From Planctomycetota bacterium (GTDB taxonomy: Bacteria; Planctomycetota; GCA-2746535), in contig NVWA01000016.1 in assembly GCA_002746535.1 (NCBI GenBank), positions 1-64,000 of the forward strand: DNA of 64,000 bases, in the 5' to 3' direction. Each line of letters opens with the position of its first letter. Positions within the stretch are counted from its first letter, which is position 1. The notes under the pieces were generated by a model, which searched no databases, was not told the DNA's origin, and saw only the letters and a program-made list of their open reading frames with translations. Positions 18,428 through 29,454 of this stretch are shown piece by piece. A program made the position numbers and the translations under genes.

Positions 18428-19831
18428 ATGTTTGTTGAAGAAGAATTCACAATTGAGTCATTAGATAAAAAAGGTTTTGGTGTAGCAAAATTAAAGAACA
18501 AAATAGTTTTAATCGAAAGGACCTTACCTGGCGACACTGTCAAAGCAACGCTTCCTAAAAAGAGACGTCGAAAAATAGTCAAAGCTCAACTCAGTGAGAT
18601 TATTTCTCAAAAAATTAAAAGAATAAAGCCAAAATGTTTTTATTTTTCCTCATGTGGTGGCTGCAAATGGCAAGATATCTCCTACGAAAACCAGTTAAAG
18701 CTAAAAAAGGATAAAATTGTATCTTCTTTTACAAAATTAAATTTATTGGGAGACATAACTATTCCAGATATTATTCCTGCACCTACTGAATATTTTTATC
18801 GGAATAAAATGGAATTCAGCTTTAGCCATCGCAGATGGATAACGCCAGAAGAAATAGAGAAAGATGAAAAATATAATAAGCAGTTTGCCTTAGGCCTACA
18901 CACTCCCCATACTCATGACAAAATTATCGATTTAAAAACTTGTTACTTACAAACGCCATTAACTGAAAAGCTAGTTAATTTTGTTAGAACCTTTTGCTTA
19001 GAAAACAAACTCGAACCTTATCATATTTATGATGATGTTGGTTATTTAAAATTTTTAGTCATAAAAGAAACGAGCCAAACAAACCAAATTTTAATTAACC
19101 TAGTAACTAAAGAGTTTAACTCAGAGGTTATTCAAAAGTTAGGAGAAAAACTAAAAGAAGAATTTCCACAGATAACTAGCTTTTTTAACACCATCAATAG
19201 TGGAACTGGTCAAGTTGCCATAGGGAATGAAACTCATTTAATTTTCGGGGAACAAGTTATCGTCGAAAAACTATTGGGTATGAATTTTGAAATTTCACCT
19301 TTCAGCTTTTTTCAACCAAACACATTGGCCGCTGAAAATGTTTACAAATGTATTATCGACCTTGCTAAATTTACAGGCAGTGAAGCTGTCCTCGATTTAT
19401 ATTCTGGCGTTGGAAGCATTTCGCTTTCTATAGCAAAGAATGTAAAGCAGGTGATTGGCTTTGAACTATCGGAAGAAGCTGTGTCAGCGGCTAACCGCAA
19501 TAAAGAAATAAATAATATTAATAATTGCGAATTCTATGCGGGTGATTTAAAAGATGCCGTAGAAGCAAGCAGTTCTTTTGATCAAAAAATAGATTTGATT
19601 ATCGTTGATCCACCAAGAAGCGGATTACACCCAAAGGTAATTAAAAAACTCATTGAGATGAAAGCGCCTACTATTATTTATGTGAGCTGCAATCCATTAA
19701 CACAAGCGGAAGATTTAAACGAACTTTGCACCAATGGACCTTATAAAATAGAAGTAATACAACCGATTGATATGTTACCTCAAACACTTCATATTGAAAA
19801 TGTCGTAAAACTTTCACTAAAAAATGATTAA
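18428..19831 (+). CDS. rlmD: 23S rRNA (uracil-5-)-methyltransferase RlmD/RumA
   Basis: TRAM domain, Cys cluster CFYFSSCGGCKWQ, FFQPN, LDLYSGVGSISL (SAM motif I) and DPPRSG. Confidence 0.85.
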   Translation: MFVEEEFTIESLDKKGFGVAKLKNKIVLIERTLPGDTVKATLPKKRRRKIVKAQLSEIISQKIKRIKPKCFYFSSCGGCKWQDISYENQLKLKKDKIVSSFTKLNLLGDITIPDIIPAPTEYFYRNKMEFSFSHRRWITPEEIEKDEKYNKQFALGLHTPHTHDKIIDLKTCYLQTPLTEKLVNFVRTFCLENKLEPYHIYDDVGYLKFLVIKETSQTNQILINLVTKEFNSEVIQKLGEKLKEEFPQITSFFNTINSGTGQVAIGNETHLIFGEQVIVEKLLGMNFEISPFSFFQPNTLAAENVYKCIIDLAKFTGSEAVLDLYSGVGSISLSIAKNVKQVIGFELSEEAVSAANRNKEINNINNCEFYAGDLKDAVEASSSFDQKIDLIIVDPPRSGLHPKVIKKLIEMKAPTIIYVSCNPLTQAEDLNELCTNGPYKIEVIQPIDMLPQTLHIENVVKLSLKND

Positions 19832-19842
19832 AGGATAAATTT

Positions 19843-20592
19843 ATGTCTGACAAATATAAGGACATTAAAAATAGTTTTAAAAACCTTACAGACCGATTTA
19901 AAAGTGATGAAGCCAAAGAGTTATATCAAAAGGCTCAAGATAAGTCTGAAGCCATATTCAATGGTGCTAAAGAACGGTTAAAAAATGTTGGCGATAAAAT
20001 TAGCGAACTAAATCCTACTGAAATCAAAAGCATATTAAAGAATGTAATCAAAGGAAAAATCCAAATTCCCACAAGATCTATAAAAGAAAGACTAGAACAA
20101 GAAATTCAAACACGAAAAAAATCTATTGATAAAATCGAGATAAACTTTCATGAAGATTATATATCTTCTACCTTCGATACGGCAGGCTTAGTACCTATCA
20201 GCGGAACCATAAAAATAAGTATTCATAAAATTGTAATAAATCAATATCAACAAACCATTTCATTCAAAACAGAAGCCCCTTTAGAAATTGATAAAGATAG
20301 TATACCAGAAGAATTATTAAATAATTTATCTGCCATTATCGGTATGGCTATCTTAGAACCAGACCAATTGCTCAATTTTATTCCTCCAGCTTTTAAGCCT
20401 TTAACAAAAGAAGGCGAAATTTTCGAATTCGATTTATCTCAAATTCAAGAATGTAACAATTGGTTCAACAAAAAAATTATGGAAAAACGTTTAGTGGAAT
20501 ATATAGAAATTAAGAAAATTGAAATTTCAGAAGATTTTATTACCTTGACCCCTTCCTTCGCTAAAACCGATAATAATATTTATTTAGAGTAA
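19843..20592 (+). CDS. hypothetical protein
   Basis: 249-aa ORF, charged and helical at the N-terminus, no motif. Confidence 0.35.
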   Translation: MSDKYKDIKNSFKNLTDRFKSDEAKELYQKAQDKSEAIFNGAKERLKNVGDKISELNPTEIKSILKNVIKGKIQIPTRSIKERLEQEIQTRKKSIDKIEINFHEDYISSTFDTAGLVPISGTIKISIHKIVINQYQQTISFKTEAPLEIDKDSIPEELLNNLSAIIGMAILEPDQLLNFIPPAFKPLTKEGEIFEFDLSQIQECNNWFNKKIMEKRLVEYIEIKKIEISEDFITLTPSFAKTDNNIYLE

Positions 20593-20631
20593 CTACATTT
20601 CAGAGGCTCAACTTAATTAGGAGAGAAATTT

Positions 20632-21075
20632 ATGAACAAATTACAGACAATACTGATCATGTCTATTCTGATGATTTTTACTTCACCTATGATTAATGCT
20701 AGTTGGGTAGATATTAAAATAGAAAAAATAATTAAAGATAACCCCTTAATTATTATCGGGAAAATTGAGAAAATCAGCACTACCAAGGCATCAAAAGGAG
20801 AAATTGATATTGCCTATATTAAAATATCGGAATTATTAAAAAATAAACTTAAAAATAAAAAAATAAAAATTGGAGATAAGATTCCTCTTTCAATGCCTGG
20901 GAAAAAGAAAAAACTTTCATTTGGTACTGATATTCGCTATAAAAAAGATCAAGAAGGCATATGGATACTTGAATTCAAAAATAATGTTTATTGGGCAACA
21001 TATCCGAAAGATTTTCAACCGTTGAAAGAGAAGAAAAAAATAATTAAAATAATCAAATCACAAAAAACAAAATAA
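20632..21075 (+). CDS. hypothetical secreted Lys-rich protein
   Basis: Signal peptide MNKLQTILIMSILMIFTSPMINA. Confidence 0.35.
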   Translation: MNKLQTILIMSILMIFTSPMINASWVDIKIEKIIKDNPLIIIGKIEKISTTKASKGEIDIAYIKISELLKNKLKNKKIKIGDKIPLSMPGKKKKLSFGTDIRYKKDQEGIWILEFKNNVYWATYPKDFQPLKEKKKIIKIIKSQKTK

Positions 21076-21083
21076 ACAGTATC

Positions 21084-21908
21084 TTACAATTTTAATTTTG
21101 ATTTTTGCCAATTTCGTGGGCTTGCACCATAACGTTTTTTAAAAATACGAGAGAAGTAAGCCTCATCTTCGTAACCAATTTCATTTGAAATTTGAGAAAT
21201 TGTTTTTTGAGTGTCGGTTAATAAATAGGTCGCGACCTTCAAACGATGTGCTAATAAATAATTGATTGGAGAATCTCCAAAATACTCTTTAAATTTTACA
21301 CAAAAATTGGGTACAGAATAATGGGCCATTTCAGCTAATTCTTCCAACTGAATGCTCTGATCATAATTTTGAACTAAATATTCTTTGATAGATTGAAACT
21401 TTGACGGGGTTTGAATTTTTTTAGCTCCCATGTGACTGTTGGATATCTTTCTCAAAAATATCTCAATTAAACTGCGAACGATACTTGGATCCACTAATGA
21501 TTCATTTACCACTTCATGATATAAATTTAATAAATATTGATCAAAAAATATTGGATTTTCAAAACGAATAGGAACTTTTGTGGGTAGTTTTAAATGCTTC
21601 AATGTTTTTTTAATCAAGCTTCCATCACAATGCAACCAAGAGTGTGACCACACAATTTCTTCATTTCCATAAAAATGGGAATCGCTGGGCTCCCAAATAA
21701 CTAATGAATTACTTGGGATTAATAATTCTTCATCTAACGTCGATAGCTTAACCTCGTTCCAAAACATCATAAACAAATAATCACCGGTACCTTGCGTACG
21801 CCGAACAAAACTTTTGTTCATAGATTCTGAAATGCCTAATGCACGAATACACAATTCATTTGCAACGGGAGTTGGATAATTTGGGAATAGTTTTAATTCT
21901 TTATTCAT
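21084..21908 (-). CDS. AraC family transcriptional regulator
   Basis: C-terminal AraC-type HTH (ISQISNEIGYEDEAYFSRIFKKRYGASPRNW) and an N-terminal cupin-like sensor. Confidence 0.8.
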   Translation of the reverse strand: MNKELKLFPNYPTPVANELCIRALGISESMNKSFVRRTQGTGDYLFMMFWNEVKLSTLDEELLIPSNSLVIWEPSDSHFYGNEEIVWSHSWLHCDGSLIKKTLKHLKLPTKVPIRFENPIFFDQYLLNLYHEVVNESLVDPSIVRSLIEIFLRKISNSHMGAKKIQTPSKFQSIKEYLVQNYDQSIQLEELAEMAHYSVPNFCVKFKEYFGDSPINYLLAHRLKVATYLLTDTQKTISQISNEIGYEDEAYFSRIFKKRYGASPRNWQKSKLKL

Positions 21909-21960
21909 CGATATTTTTTTTCAATCAATTAATAAACTTAAAGAAACGTATTAAATAAAT

Positions 21961-24900
21961 TTACGCCTCTTCATCATCGTCATCATCTAGATCAAAGTCT
22001 TTGTTTTTATTTTTTGCCTTAATGTTCGCTAGCAATTTATCAAAATCTTGATTAGCATCTTTTATGGTCGCCTTCAGTTCTTTTAGCTCTTTTGTATGAC
22101 CTTTAGACGAATCATATAATGATTTCATCCATGTTTCCATCAAATTAACTTGATGGTTCAAGACATTGACAAAAGCCAATGGCATTCTGTTTTTAATTTC
22201 AATACTTGGCGGCTCAGTAACAGGCAAACTCCCAAAGCCCTCTACAATCCCTTCCTTAAAACCATTTACCATATTTTCCATTTGGCTTACCATACGCAGT
22301 GTAATTAATTCCGTTTGGTTTTCTTTTGGCTTTTTATTTTGGCTACTCAGCAAGGCATCTTTAATTGATTCAATTCCTTCGGACAAATTGCTGATCTGCA
22401 AAATAACCTGGCCGACCTTATCACCTTCTTCAATACCTTGCATCGAAAGTTTTTTCTTAAAAGTTCTTTTTATCGCTGACCAACGATCGCTTTCCTCTTC
22501 AGTTATCGTACCTTTAATCTCATTAAATTTTAAAAGATTTGACTCTGCACCTGTTGTTAATGTTTGCGCTTCATTCTCATAATGATTGTCAATAAGTGCT
22601 TCTAATTCTTCGTCATTCATAACGGATACAATTTTTTCTACGATCTTATTCATATTTCGATAAGAACCTTGCAACTTGAATGGTGGCTCGGTTCTATAAT
22701 CATCTTGCATGGCCGCTGAACTGACATAATTCTTATTCACATTTAAGATTACGTCTCTTACCCGCAGAATCTTTTTCATGGTATTCACATACTCATCAAT
22801 TTCTTCGACTGAATAATTACCCACAAATTCAACTCCATCACGACTTCCTTTTTCAGCAATGTCGACAATACCATAAACATCTTTTTGGCTTGAACTCGCT
22901 AATTTATTTAAAACGGGGTTAGAGGTTAAACTGTTTTCTACATAAGATAATTTAAATGCCTCTTCACTATCCCCAGCAACATCACCTAAATTGTAAGTAT
23001 CAGCACGGTTGGCTAACATATCTGGAATCTGAAATTTATCGCCACTTTCGGTGTATGGGTTACCCGCCATGACAACCGCAACTTTTCGTCCACGAAGATC
23101 ATAGGTTTTACTTTTGCCCTTATAAACACCTTCCATTTTTCTTTGACCATCACACAAGGAAATAAACTTCTGCAAAAACTCTGGATTACAATGCTGAATA
23201 TCATCTAAATAGATCATAATATTATCACCCATTTCGAGAGATAAATTTAACTTTTCAACTTCTTGTTTTGCACTAGCATTTGGAGCATCTGCAGGATCCA
23301 AAGATGTGACTTCGTGACCAAGAGCTGGGCCATTTATCTTCATGAATGTCAAGCCCAACCGATTGGCAATATATTCCATTAAGGTTGTTTTACCATAACC
23401 TGGTGGAGAAACTAATAATAACATACCCATTAGGTCTGTACGCTTTTGGTCTCCAGCCGCACCCATTTGTTTGGCAAAGTTATCACCAATCATTGGTAAG
23501 TAAACTTCATCAATTAATTTATTTCGAACAAACGATGATAATACACGCGGCTTAAACTCATCTAGTCGCATCAACTCTTTTTCGTCTTCAATGAGCTGAG
23601 CTTTTAAGCTACGGTATTCATTAAATGCTTTTACAGTGACATCTTCAAACTCACGCATTTTCAAAGTAAATAAATTATAATTAAGGAAATATTTTCCATC
23701 TTCGATAACTTTGTGACTGCCAGTGATGCCCTCGACTTCAGTAGAAATGGAGACATCAACTAATTTATATTTCGCACTATCACCTTGTGTAATTGCTACG
23801 GCAACTTCATCAATATAACGCTCGTCAATAGATTCATTTTCAGAATCGATAAAAGCTTCTAACCAATCTCGACTCAACTGGCATTGACTTCCCGCCTGTG
23901 GGCTCAACTCTTCAATTGCTTTTGTAAACTTATCATTGTAATGACGTGATTTTAAATATTTCAAAAAAGCACCCTGAAGGTCTTTTGCTTCTTTCGACAA
24001 AACAAAGACTTCACCGTTTTGCAATTGCTCAAATAAATATTCCGCCGCTTGATCAACATATTGTTCGCCAAAATAATAAACAAGATCCGTACATTCTTTT
24101 AGCAATTCAGCAATATGAAAAATATATTTCTCTTGCTTCTTATGGCTACTAAATAATTCATTCATCAAGCCAAAACCACGCAATTGCGACAAAACCATTT
24201 CTTTCGTTTCATCATCAATAAAATGAGACCAAAAGAAACTCGCCATGGCACGTGATTGAGTGTCAAATTTTAACAATCCAATACCAATGTGTAGCCTTAA
24301 CAATTCCTTAAGTATCTTTGCGCCATCAAGATCATGCAACCCTTTGGTATATGATTCTTCATAACGATCACTCATAAAATGTTGCAACCTATCTAAAAAC
24401 TCATCCTCAGGTAAATTTAATAAGCCCGTAATTTCAGATTGATCTTGTGTTTTAAGTTCTTCCAAAAATTTAAATACGAGATACTCCCCTTTATATACTT
24501 CTGTATTTTCAGATACGATATCTTGCGACCAGACTTCTCTTGTTTTCAGGAAGGCTTCATCGGTCACCTCTTCAAAATAATTAGTACCGGCAAGATGGAA
24601 AAACATTTCATCATCTTTTTGCACGATACTTAAATCTAATTCTTGTGTATTTGTCGTAAAATTATGTTTACCCAAACGAATAATATTTTCGCCATCGACG
24701 AATAATTCTTTGCGGTCTTTTAATTGTCTGACGGTTTCCTCTTGCAATGATTTCAAACGGCTTTGCAAATCATCAGACTTGACCATGTCACCAAGATCAG
24801 AAAGCTTAGCGATAATATCGCGTGATTTCTCAATCATTAAGTCAGAAGCAAAATAGCCATTGATTTCATTGATTTCTGTGAACTGGCTAGCCCGGTGCTT

Positions 24901-27243
24901 GATACCATTTAGAATGCGATCAGCAGCTTTTAATAAAGAGGTGGCTTTCTTGTTACGAGCATCTTGCAGTGTGACTTTTTTAGTTTCAAAAGCATTTAAG
25001 ACTTCTTCTCTTTTATCCGTGAGAGTTATAATAAACTCGTCAAATTCTGAGAACTTGCCTTCTAACTCTTCGATCTGAACCATGATCTTTGTCATGTACT
25101 CGTCACATTTTTCCGGTGTATCAGAAACATCTAAATAATTTATGATACTATGGCTCATCAATTTTAATTGAGAGTTAAATTCAGCAATACCTTCGGAGCT
25201 TAAAAGTTCTTTCTTCTTATTTTTTATTTTAACTTTAGTTTGATTAACGGAACTAAAGATCGAAGAAATGCTATCTATTATTTGAGTTGTTTGGGTTGGA
25301 TCATCAATTTTTAAATTACTGACGATATCGATTAGCATTTCTAATTCATTAGAAGATTGTTTGATATTTGCTTCAAGCTCTTTGGCATCCATACCTTTTT
25401 TAACAGTTTCAATCTTCTCATTTATTTCAGTAATTTTATCTTTGTATTTATCAAGAGATTTTGGCTCCAATAAAAACTGCACACATTGCTGAGAAAGCTT
25501 CTCGGTGTTTTCAGTAATTATTTTTTCAGCTTCTTCCAATGCTTGAATATTAATATAACGAACACTTTTCGAAGAGATGACTTCACCGCGCAATGCACGT
25601 AGAGCGGCTAAATTAGTAACAAATGGATCAATATCATTTTTAGGTGCTGATTGAATATCTTTTGTGAGCTGATCGACTTTTTTGCGAATTTCTTTTTCTG
25701 TAGAAGTTGCATTCAGCCTGAGCTTTAAGACTTTTTCAAATTCATCAACAGCACTGCCGGCAGCTTCCTTGATGGACTCAATTGGTTTATTAAGGAATAA
25801 GGTATCTTCTTTGTCTAACCAAAAATAAGAATCAAGAATATCTCCAGCCTTTTTGACAATATCAACATAGACGCCTTCATAGGCTTCGCCCTTATTCAAT
25901 AGAGTTAAGATTTCATACATCTCAGCCATACCACCGACAAGATCTTTATTGCCAATTTTGAATAAAAACGAATCCGTTGAAGTTGTTTGTACAAAATCAT
26001 CACCAGTGTAAGGTGTTTGCCAAATTTGAACCGTGTGATGCTTCTGAGGGTTTTCTTCTGTTTTAAAGAACAGCATTTCACCATTAGAGAAAATTGAATA
26101 ACCATTACATATAATCGGCGTTTCAACTTGCTGCTCAATCAAGTTATAGGACATTAAAATGTATATGCCCAATTCCCGATTATAAAATGCATATAAATAA
26201 TCTTCACCATTGGGTGATGCGACACGCTTTTCAAAGATCAAACCTGTTGTTTCATTTTCAAATGATTTGTGATCGCCATTTTGAAGAAAATAACCATTCG
26301 AAAAAATAATACCGTGATTATCGGGCAAGAGAATACAAGAGTCCTCTACACTATCGACGCGCACGACCTTCTTGGCTTTTTCGCTATAAGCAAAATATCT
26401 AAATTTATCTTCTTGGTAGGGTCTAATCTTTAAAAGAATAATATTTTCAATGATCGTATAAAAATATTCGGCATCATCTAAGGTTTGATCAACCTGCTCA
26501 ACGGCTTCAGAATAAATCCCTTCCCCCGACTCTGTGTTGTCTTCAATTTTAATAGTAAGGTCACCACCAACAGTTTCAACAAATAAACGATCTTCAATGG
26601 ATACATGCGGGTGGTCACCTGATCGATGCAAATCACGATGGGTTCTTATCCATTCAAATTCATGTTGTACAGGATATTTAAATTCAGCCTCAGAACGATT
26701 GCCCTCATAGTTTAAATTCTCGCCATCTATTTGCCATTTAAAGACCTTAACATCTCCAACGCTTTTACCAATTCTGAATACGGCATAAAGATAGGGCCCA
26801 AGAATAGAAAATTTTACAAATGTCGTGTTTTTATAGTATTTATATAATTCTTTAAAATCTTCTCTAAAAGGCTCATGACTAAGGAAATCATGCTCCGTCT
26901 TGTGAAACAAATGATCATCAAAATTGTATACACTTAAGACGTCTTCTGGATGAAGTTCTGACTTCAACCCTACATGAACATTATAACCAAAAATAAAAAA
27001 ACCACCGATTGAAATCATATCTCGAGGGATACAGTTATTATCAGTCGTAATTCTTTCAGTCTTTAATAGCTCAGTCGCAATTGACCCAAAGACTTCTTTA
27101 CGCTTGCTATTAAGTTCTTGAAGTTTGCCTCTTAGGGTTTCACCATGATTGTCAAGCCTACTTTTAATAATCTCATAGGTTCCACTATCAAGCTGAATGC
27201 CATCGGCCTTTTCATTTTGATCAATTATTTCTTCAGTCGCCAT
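21961..27243 (-). CDS. 1760-aa protein with an AAA_5 (MoxR/dynein-like) ATPase module
   Basis: Walker A LLLVSPPGYGKTTLMEY (encoded around 23385..23420), Walker B IMIYLDDIQHCNPEFLQKF and ...VAVVMAGNP sensor region. An N-terminal region of roughly 1250 aa carries coiled-coil stretches. The C-terminal tail is poly-acidic, DLDDDDDEEA. Confidence 0.6.
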   Translation of the reverse strand: MATEEIIDQNEKADGIQLDSGTYEIIKSRLDNHGETLRGKLQELNSKRKEVFGSIATELLKTERITTDNNCIPRDMISIGGFFIFGYNVHVGLKSELHPEDVLSVYNFDDHLFHKTEHDFLSHEPFREDFKELYKYYKNTTFVKFSILGPYLYAVFRIGKSVGDVKVFKWQIDGENLNYEGNRSEAEFKYPVQHEFEWIRTHRDLHRSGDHPHVSIEDRLFVETVGGDLTIKIEDNTESGEGIYSEAVEQVDQTLDDAEYFYTIIENIILLKIRPYQEDKFRYFAYSEKAKKVVRVDSVEDSCILLPDNHGIIFSNGYFLQNGDHKSFENETTGLIFEKRVASPNGEDYLYAFYNRELGIYILMSYNLIEQQVETPIICNGYSIFSNGEMLFFKTEENPQKHHTVQIWQTPYTGDDFVQTTSTDSFLFKIGNKDLVGGMAEMYEILTLLNKGEAYEGVYVDIVKKAGDILDSYFWLDKEDTLFLNKPIESIKEAAGSAVDEFEKVLKLRLNATSTEKEIRKKVDQLTKDIQSAPKNDIDPFVTNLAALRALRGEVISSKSVRYINIQALEEAEKIITENTEKLSQQCVQFLLEPKSLDKYKDKITEINEKIETVKKGMDAKELEANIKQSSNELEMLIDIVSNLKIDDPTQTTQIIDSISSIFSSVNQTKVKIKNKKKELLSSEGIAEFNSQLKLMSHSIINYLDVSDTPEKCDEYMTKIMVQIEELEGKFSEFDEFIITLTDKREEVLNAFETKKVTLQDARNKKATSLLKAADRILNGIKHRASQFTEINEINGYFASDLMIEKSRDIIAKLSDLGDMVKSDDLQSRLKSLQEETVRQLKDRKELFVDGENIIRLGKHNFTTNTQELDLSIVQKDDEMFFHLAGTNYFEEVTDEAFLKTREVWSQDIVSENTEVYKGEYLVFKFLEELKTQDQSEITGLLNLPEDEFLDRLQHFMSDRYEESYTKGLHDLDGAKILKELLRLHIGIGLLKFDTQSRAMASFFWSHFIDDETKEMVLSQLRGFGLMNELFSSHKKQEKYIFHIAELLKECTDLVYYFGEQYVDQAAEYLFEQLQNGEVFVLSKEAKDLQGAFLKYLKSRHYNDKFTKAIEELSPQAGSQCQLSRDWLEAFIDSENESIDERYIDEVAVAITQGDSAKYKLVDVSISTEVEGITGSHKVIEDGKYFLNYNLFTLKMREFEDVTVKAFNEYRSLKAQLIEDEKELMRLDEFKPRVLSSFVRNKLIDEVYLPMIGDNFAKQMGAAGDQKRTDLMGMLLLVSPPGYGKTTLMEYIANRLGLTFMKINGPALGHEVTSLDPADAPNASAKQEVEKLNLSLEMGDNIMIYLDDIQHCNPEFLQKFISLCDGQRKMEGVYKGKSKTYDLRGRKVAVVMAGNPYTESGDKFQIPDMLANRADTYNLGDVAGDSEEAFKLSYVENSLTSNPVLNKLASSSQKDVYGIVDIAEKGSRDGVEFVGNYSVEEIDEYVNTMKKILRVRDVILNVNKNYVSSAAMQDDYRTEPPFKLQGSYRNMNKIVEKIVSVMNDEELEALIDNHYENEAQTLTTGAESNLLKFNEIKGTITEEESDRWSAIKRTFKKKLSMQGIEEGDKVGQVILQISNLSEGIESIKDALLSSQNKKPKENQTELITLRMVSQMENMVNGFKEGIVEGFGSLPVTEPPSIEIKNRMPLAFVNVLNHQVNLMETWMKSLYDSSKGHTKELKELKATIKDANQDFDKLLANIKAKNKNKDFDLDDDDDEEA

Positions 27244-27351
27244 AATTTACCTAACGGTGATAATTCAATTAAAATTTTTCTCAAATTAAACTTCTTTTCA
27301 GAATTAAAAGAGACATAGTCAAAGATTATGCCTCACTTGTAATGAATCTGA

Positions 27352-29454
27352 TTAAAGATTTAATAAGCTGGCGGCTTTATCCGCCAGACCGTTATTTTGT
27401 ACAAAATCTAAAATGCCTTCTAACGAACTCGTCGTACCTTTATCTTTTGACTTGGTCATAAGCTTCCCAATCAAGGCTGATAGACTGATGTTTTTAAGAT
27501 CTTCAGAACTCATACCAAACTGATCAACAAATTTACTTAATTGGTCTTTAAAGTATGCTGGATCACCGTTAAAGAATGTTTGTTTCACATCTGTTAAGAC
27601 TTTACTGTTATCAACCGTTCTATCGATTGACTTACCCGTTGTGATAGAGTTAATCAACTTGTCAAAGAACATTGTATCACCACCGACAATATCAATTTTA
27701 GCTGTTCGTAAACCTTCTTTTAGAATTTCAGCTTGTTCTATTGCAATATCTTTCTGAATGTGCAATTCAGTGATCTCAACTTCTTTATCTTTCTCTAACT
27801 GCAATTTGAATTGCTCATGAAATTGACTTTCATCATCAAAAAGCTTCATCGCTTCAGCTTTGTGCTCAATGCCAGAAGCTTCAGCATTATACTTCTCAGA
27901 CATTACATGAGCTTCTACAAGACCTTGTTTCTCTAATGCAATTGCTTTAGCTTCAATAACTTTCGCTTCCGAAAGACCTTCTTGAGCTTCGGCTTTAAAT
28001 TTTTCTTCCATGACAAGAGCTTCCATCACACCTTGTTTTTCCATGGCACTGGCTTTAGCTTCAATGACTTGTGCTTGAGCAAGTCCAACGGCAGCTTCTT
28101 CAGCGGTTAAGGCTTCGGCCAAAACTTTCATTTCATCAGCTTTTTTCATAGCGGCTTTTTCACTAGCATCAGCGTCAATCAATGTTTTTTCAGCATTAAA
28201 GACCGAAGACTTTTTCTCAGCTTCCGCTGCTGTGATATCTTTTACTAGTTCCTGTTCAGCCATTCTCTCTGCATCTGTAATGGCAACTTTTTTCTCTCGA
28301 TCAGCAGCAGCAAATTCGCGAGTATCTTTAATTTTTTCTTCTTCTTCAACAACAAGCTTTTCAACCATGACTCGTTCTTTAATGACATCCTGGATAAGCT
28401 TCTTCTCAATTTCAATGGCTTTATCTTTTTCAATATCCGCCAGAGCAACGATTCTTTCTCTTTCAGTTATTTCCAACTGACGGTCTTTTTCGACTCGTTC
28501 CGTTTCAACCGCATGAGTTCTTTCTTTATTCTTTAGCGCCACAATAACTTGCCGTTGTTTATTTTCTTCGGCTATTTGCAGCTCTTCTTCCGTAGAAATC
28601 CGAGCTCGCTCAGACTTTAGTTTTTCTTCTTCGTCAACTTTAGCAATTTCAGCCTCTTCTCTAGATTTCACATTAGCTACTTCACGTTTCTGCTTTTCTT
28701 CCGTTTCGGCTAATTGCCTTTCCATTTCAAGGATCGCTTCCCGAGCATTAACATTTTGTTGGGTAATTTTTTTCTCTTTTTCATTCTCAATATCGTTCGA
28801 AAGAATTGATTGGGCTGCGGTCAAACGAGTTATCTTTTTAATGCCTTCTGCATCTAAAATATTATCTGGACTTAAATGCTCTAAATCCGTTTGCTCTAGA
28901 TAATCAATGGCACAGTCATCTAAAATATAACCGTTTAATTCTTTGCCAATAACTTTGAGAATTTCATCTCTAAATTTTTCTCTGGAATTATACAAATCGA
29001 TAAAATCAAATCGTTTACCTACTGATTTTAAGGCTTCTGAGAATTTGGCATCAAACAACTCCTCTAAAGCTTCTTGCTGAGAAGCTCTTTTACAACCAAT
29101 TGATTGAGCAACTTTGATCACAGCCTCTTCATTTTTGCTGACTTGAACAAAAAAGGCAACTTTAATATCTGCTCTCAAATTGTCTTTACAGATTAGCCCA
29201 TCTTTCCCCAATCGAACAATCTCTATTCGCTTTAAAGAGATATCCATAATTTCGTGTCTATGCACTACAGGATAGACCATAATTCCGTTAAATGAAACTT
29301 TTGTTTTACCCATTCCTGTTCTAACCAAGGCTGTCCCCTGAACAATCTTCATAAAACATTTAACAATCACCAGCCCAATTACAATTACTGAAACTACGAA
29401 AAATACAATAACTGCAATGGTCATTCCGCTTAAAAAGTCCATCTTAATCTCCAA
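27352..29454 (-). CDS. flotillin (SPFH/Band 7 domain, YqiK/FloT-like)
   Basis: N-terminal TM helix, SPFH domain and a long EA-rich coiled coil with internal repeats, matching flotillin architecture. Confidence 0.8.
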   Translation of the reverse strand: MEIKMDFLSGMTIAVIVFFVVSVIVIGLVIVKCFMKIVQGTALVRTGMGKTKVSFNGIMVYPVVHRHEIMDISLKRIEIVRLGKDGLICKDNLRADIKVAFFVQVSKNEEAVIKVAQSIGCKRASQQEALEELFDAKFSEALKSVGKRFDFIDLYNSREKFRDEILKVIGKELNGYILDDCAIDYLEQTDLEHLSPDNILDAEGIKKITRLTAAQSILSNDIENEKEKKITQQNVNAREAILEMERQLAETEEKQKREVANVKSREEAEIAKVDEEEKLKSERARISTEEELQIAEENKQRQVIVALKNKERTHAVETERVEKDRQLEITERERIVALADIEKDKAIEIEKKLIQDVIKERVMVEKLVVEEEEKIKDTREFAAADREKKVAITDAERMAEQELVKDITAAEAEKKSSVFNAEKTLIDADASEKAAMKKADEMKVLAEALTAEEAAVGLAQAQVIEAKASAMEKQGVMEALVMEEKFKAEAQEGLSEAKVIEAKAIALEKQGLVEAHVMSEKYNAEASGIEHKAEAMKLFDDESQFHEQFKLQLEKDKEVEITELHIQKDIAIEQAEILKEGLRTAKIDIVGGDTMFFDKLINSITTGKSIDRTVDNSKVLTDVKQTFFNGDPAYFKDQLSKFVDQFGMSSEDLKNISLSALIGKLMTKSKDKGTTSSLEGILDFVQNNGLADKAASLLNL

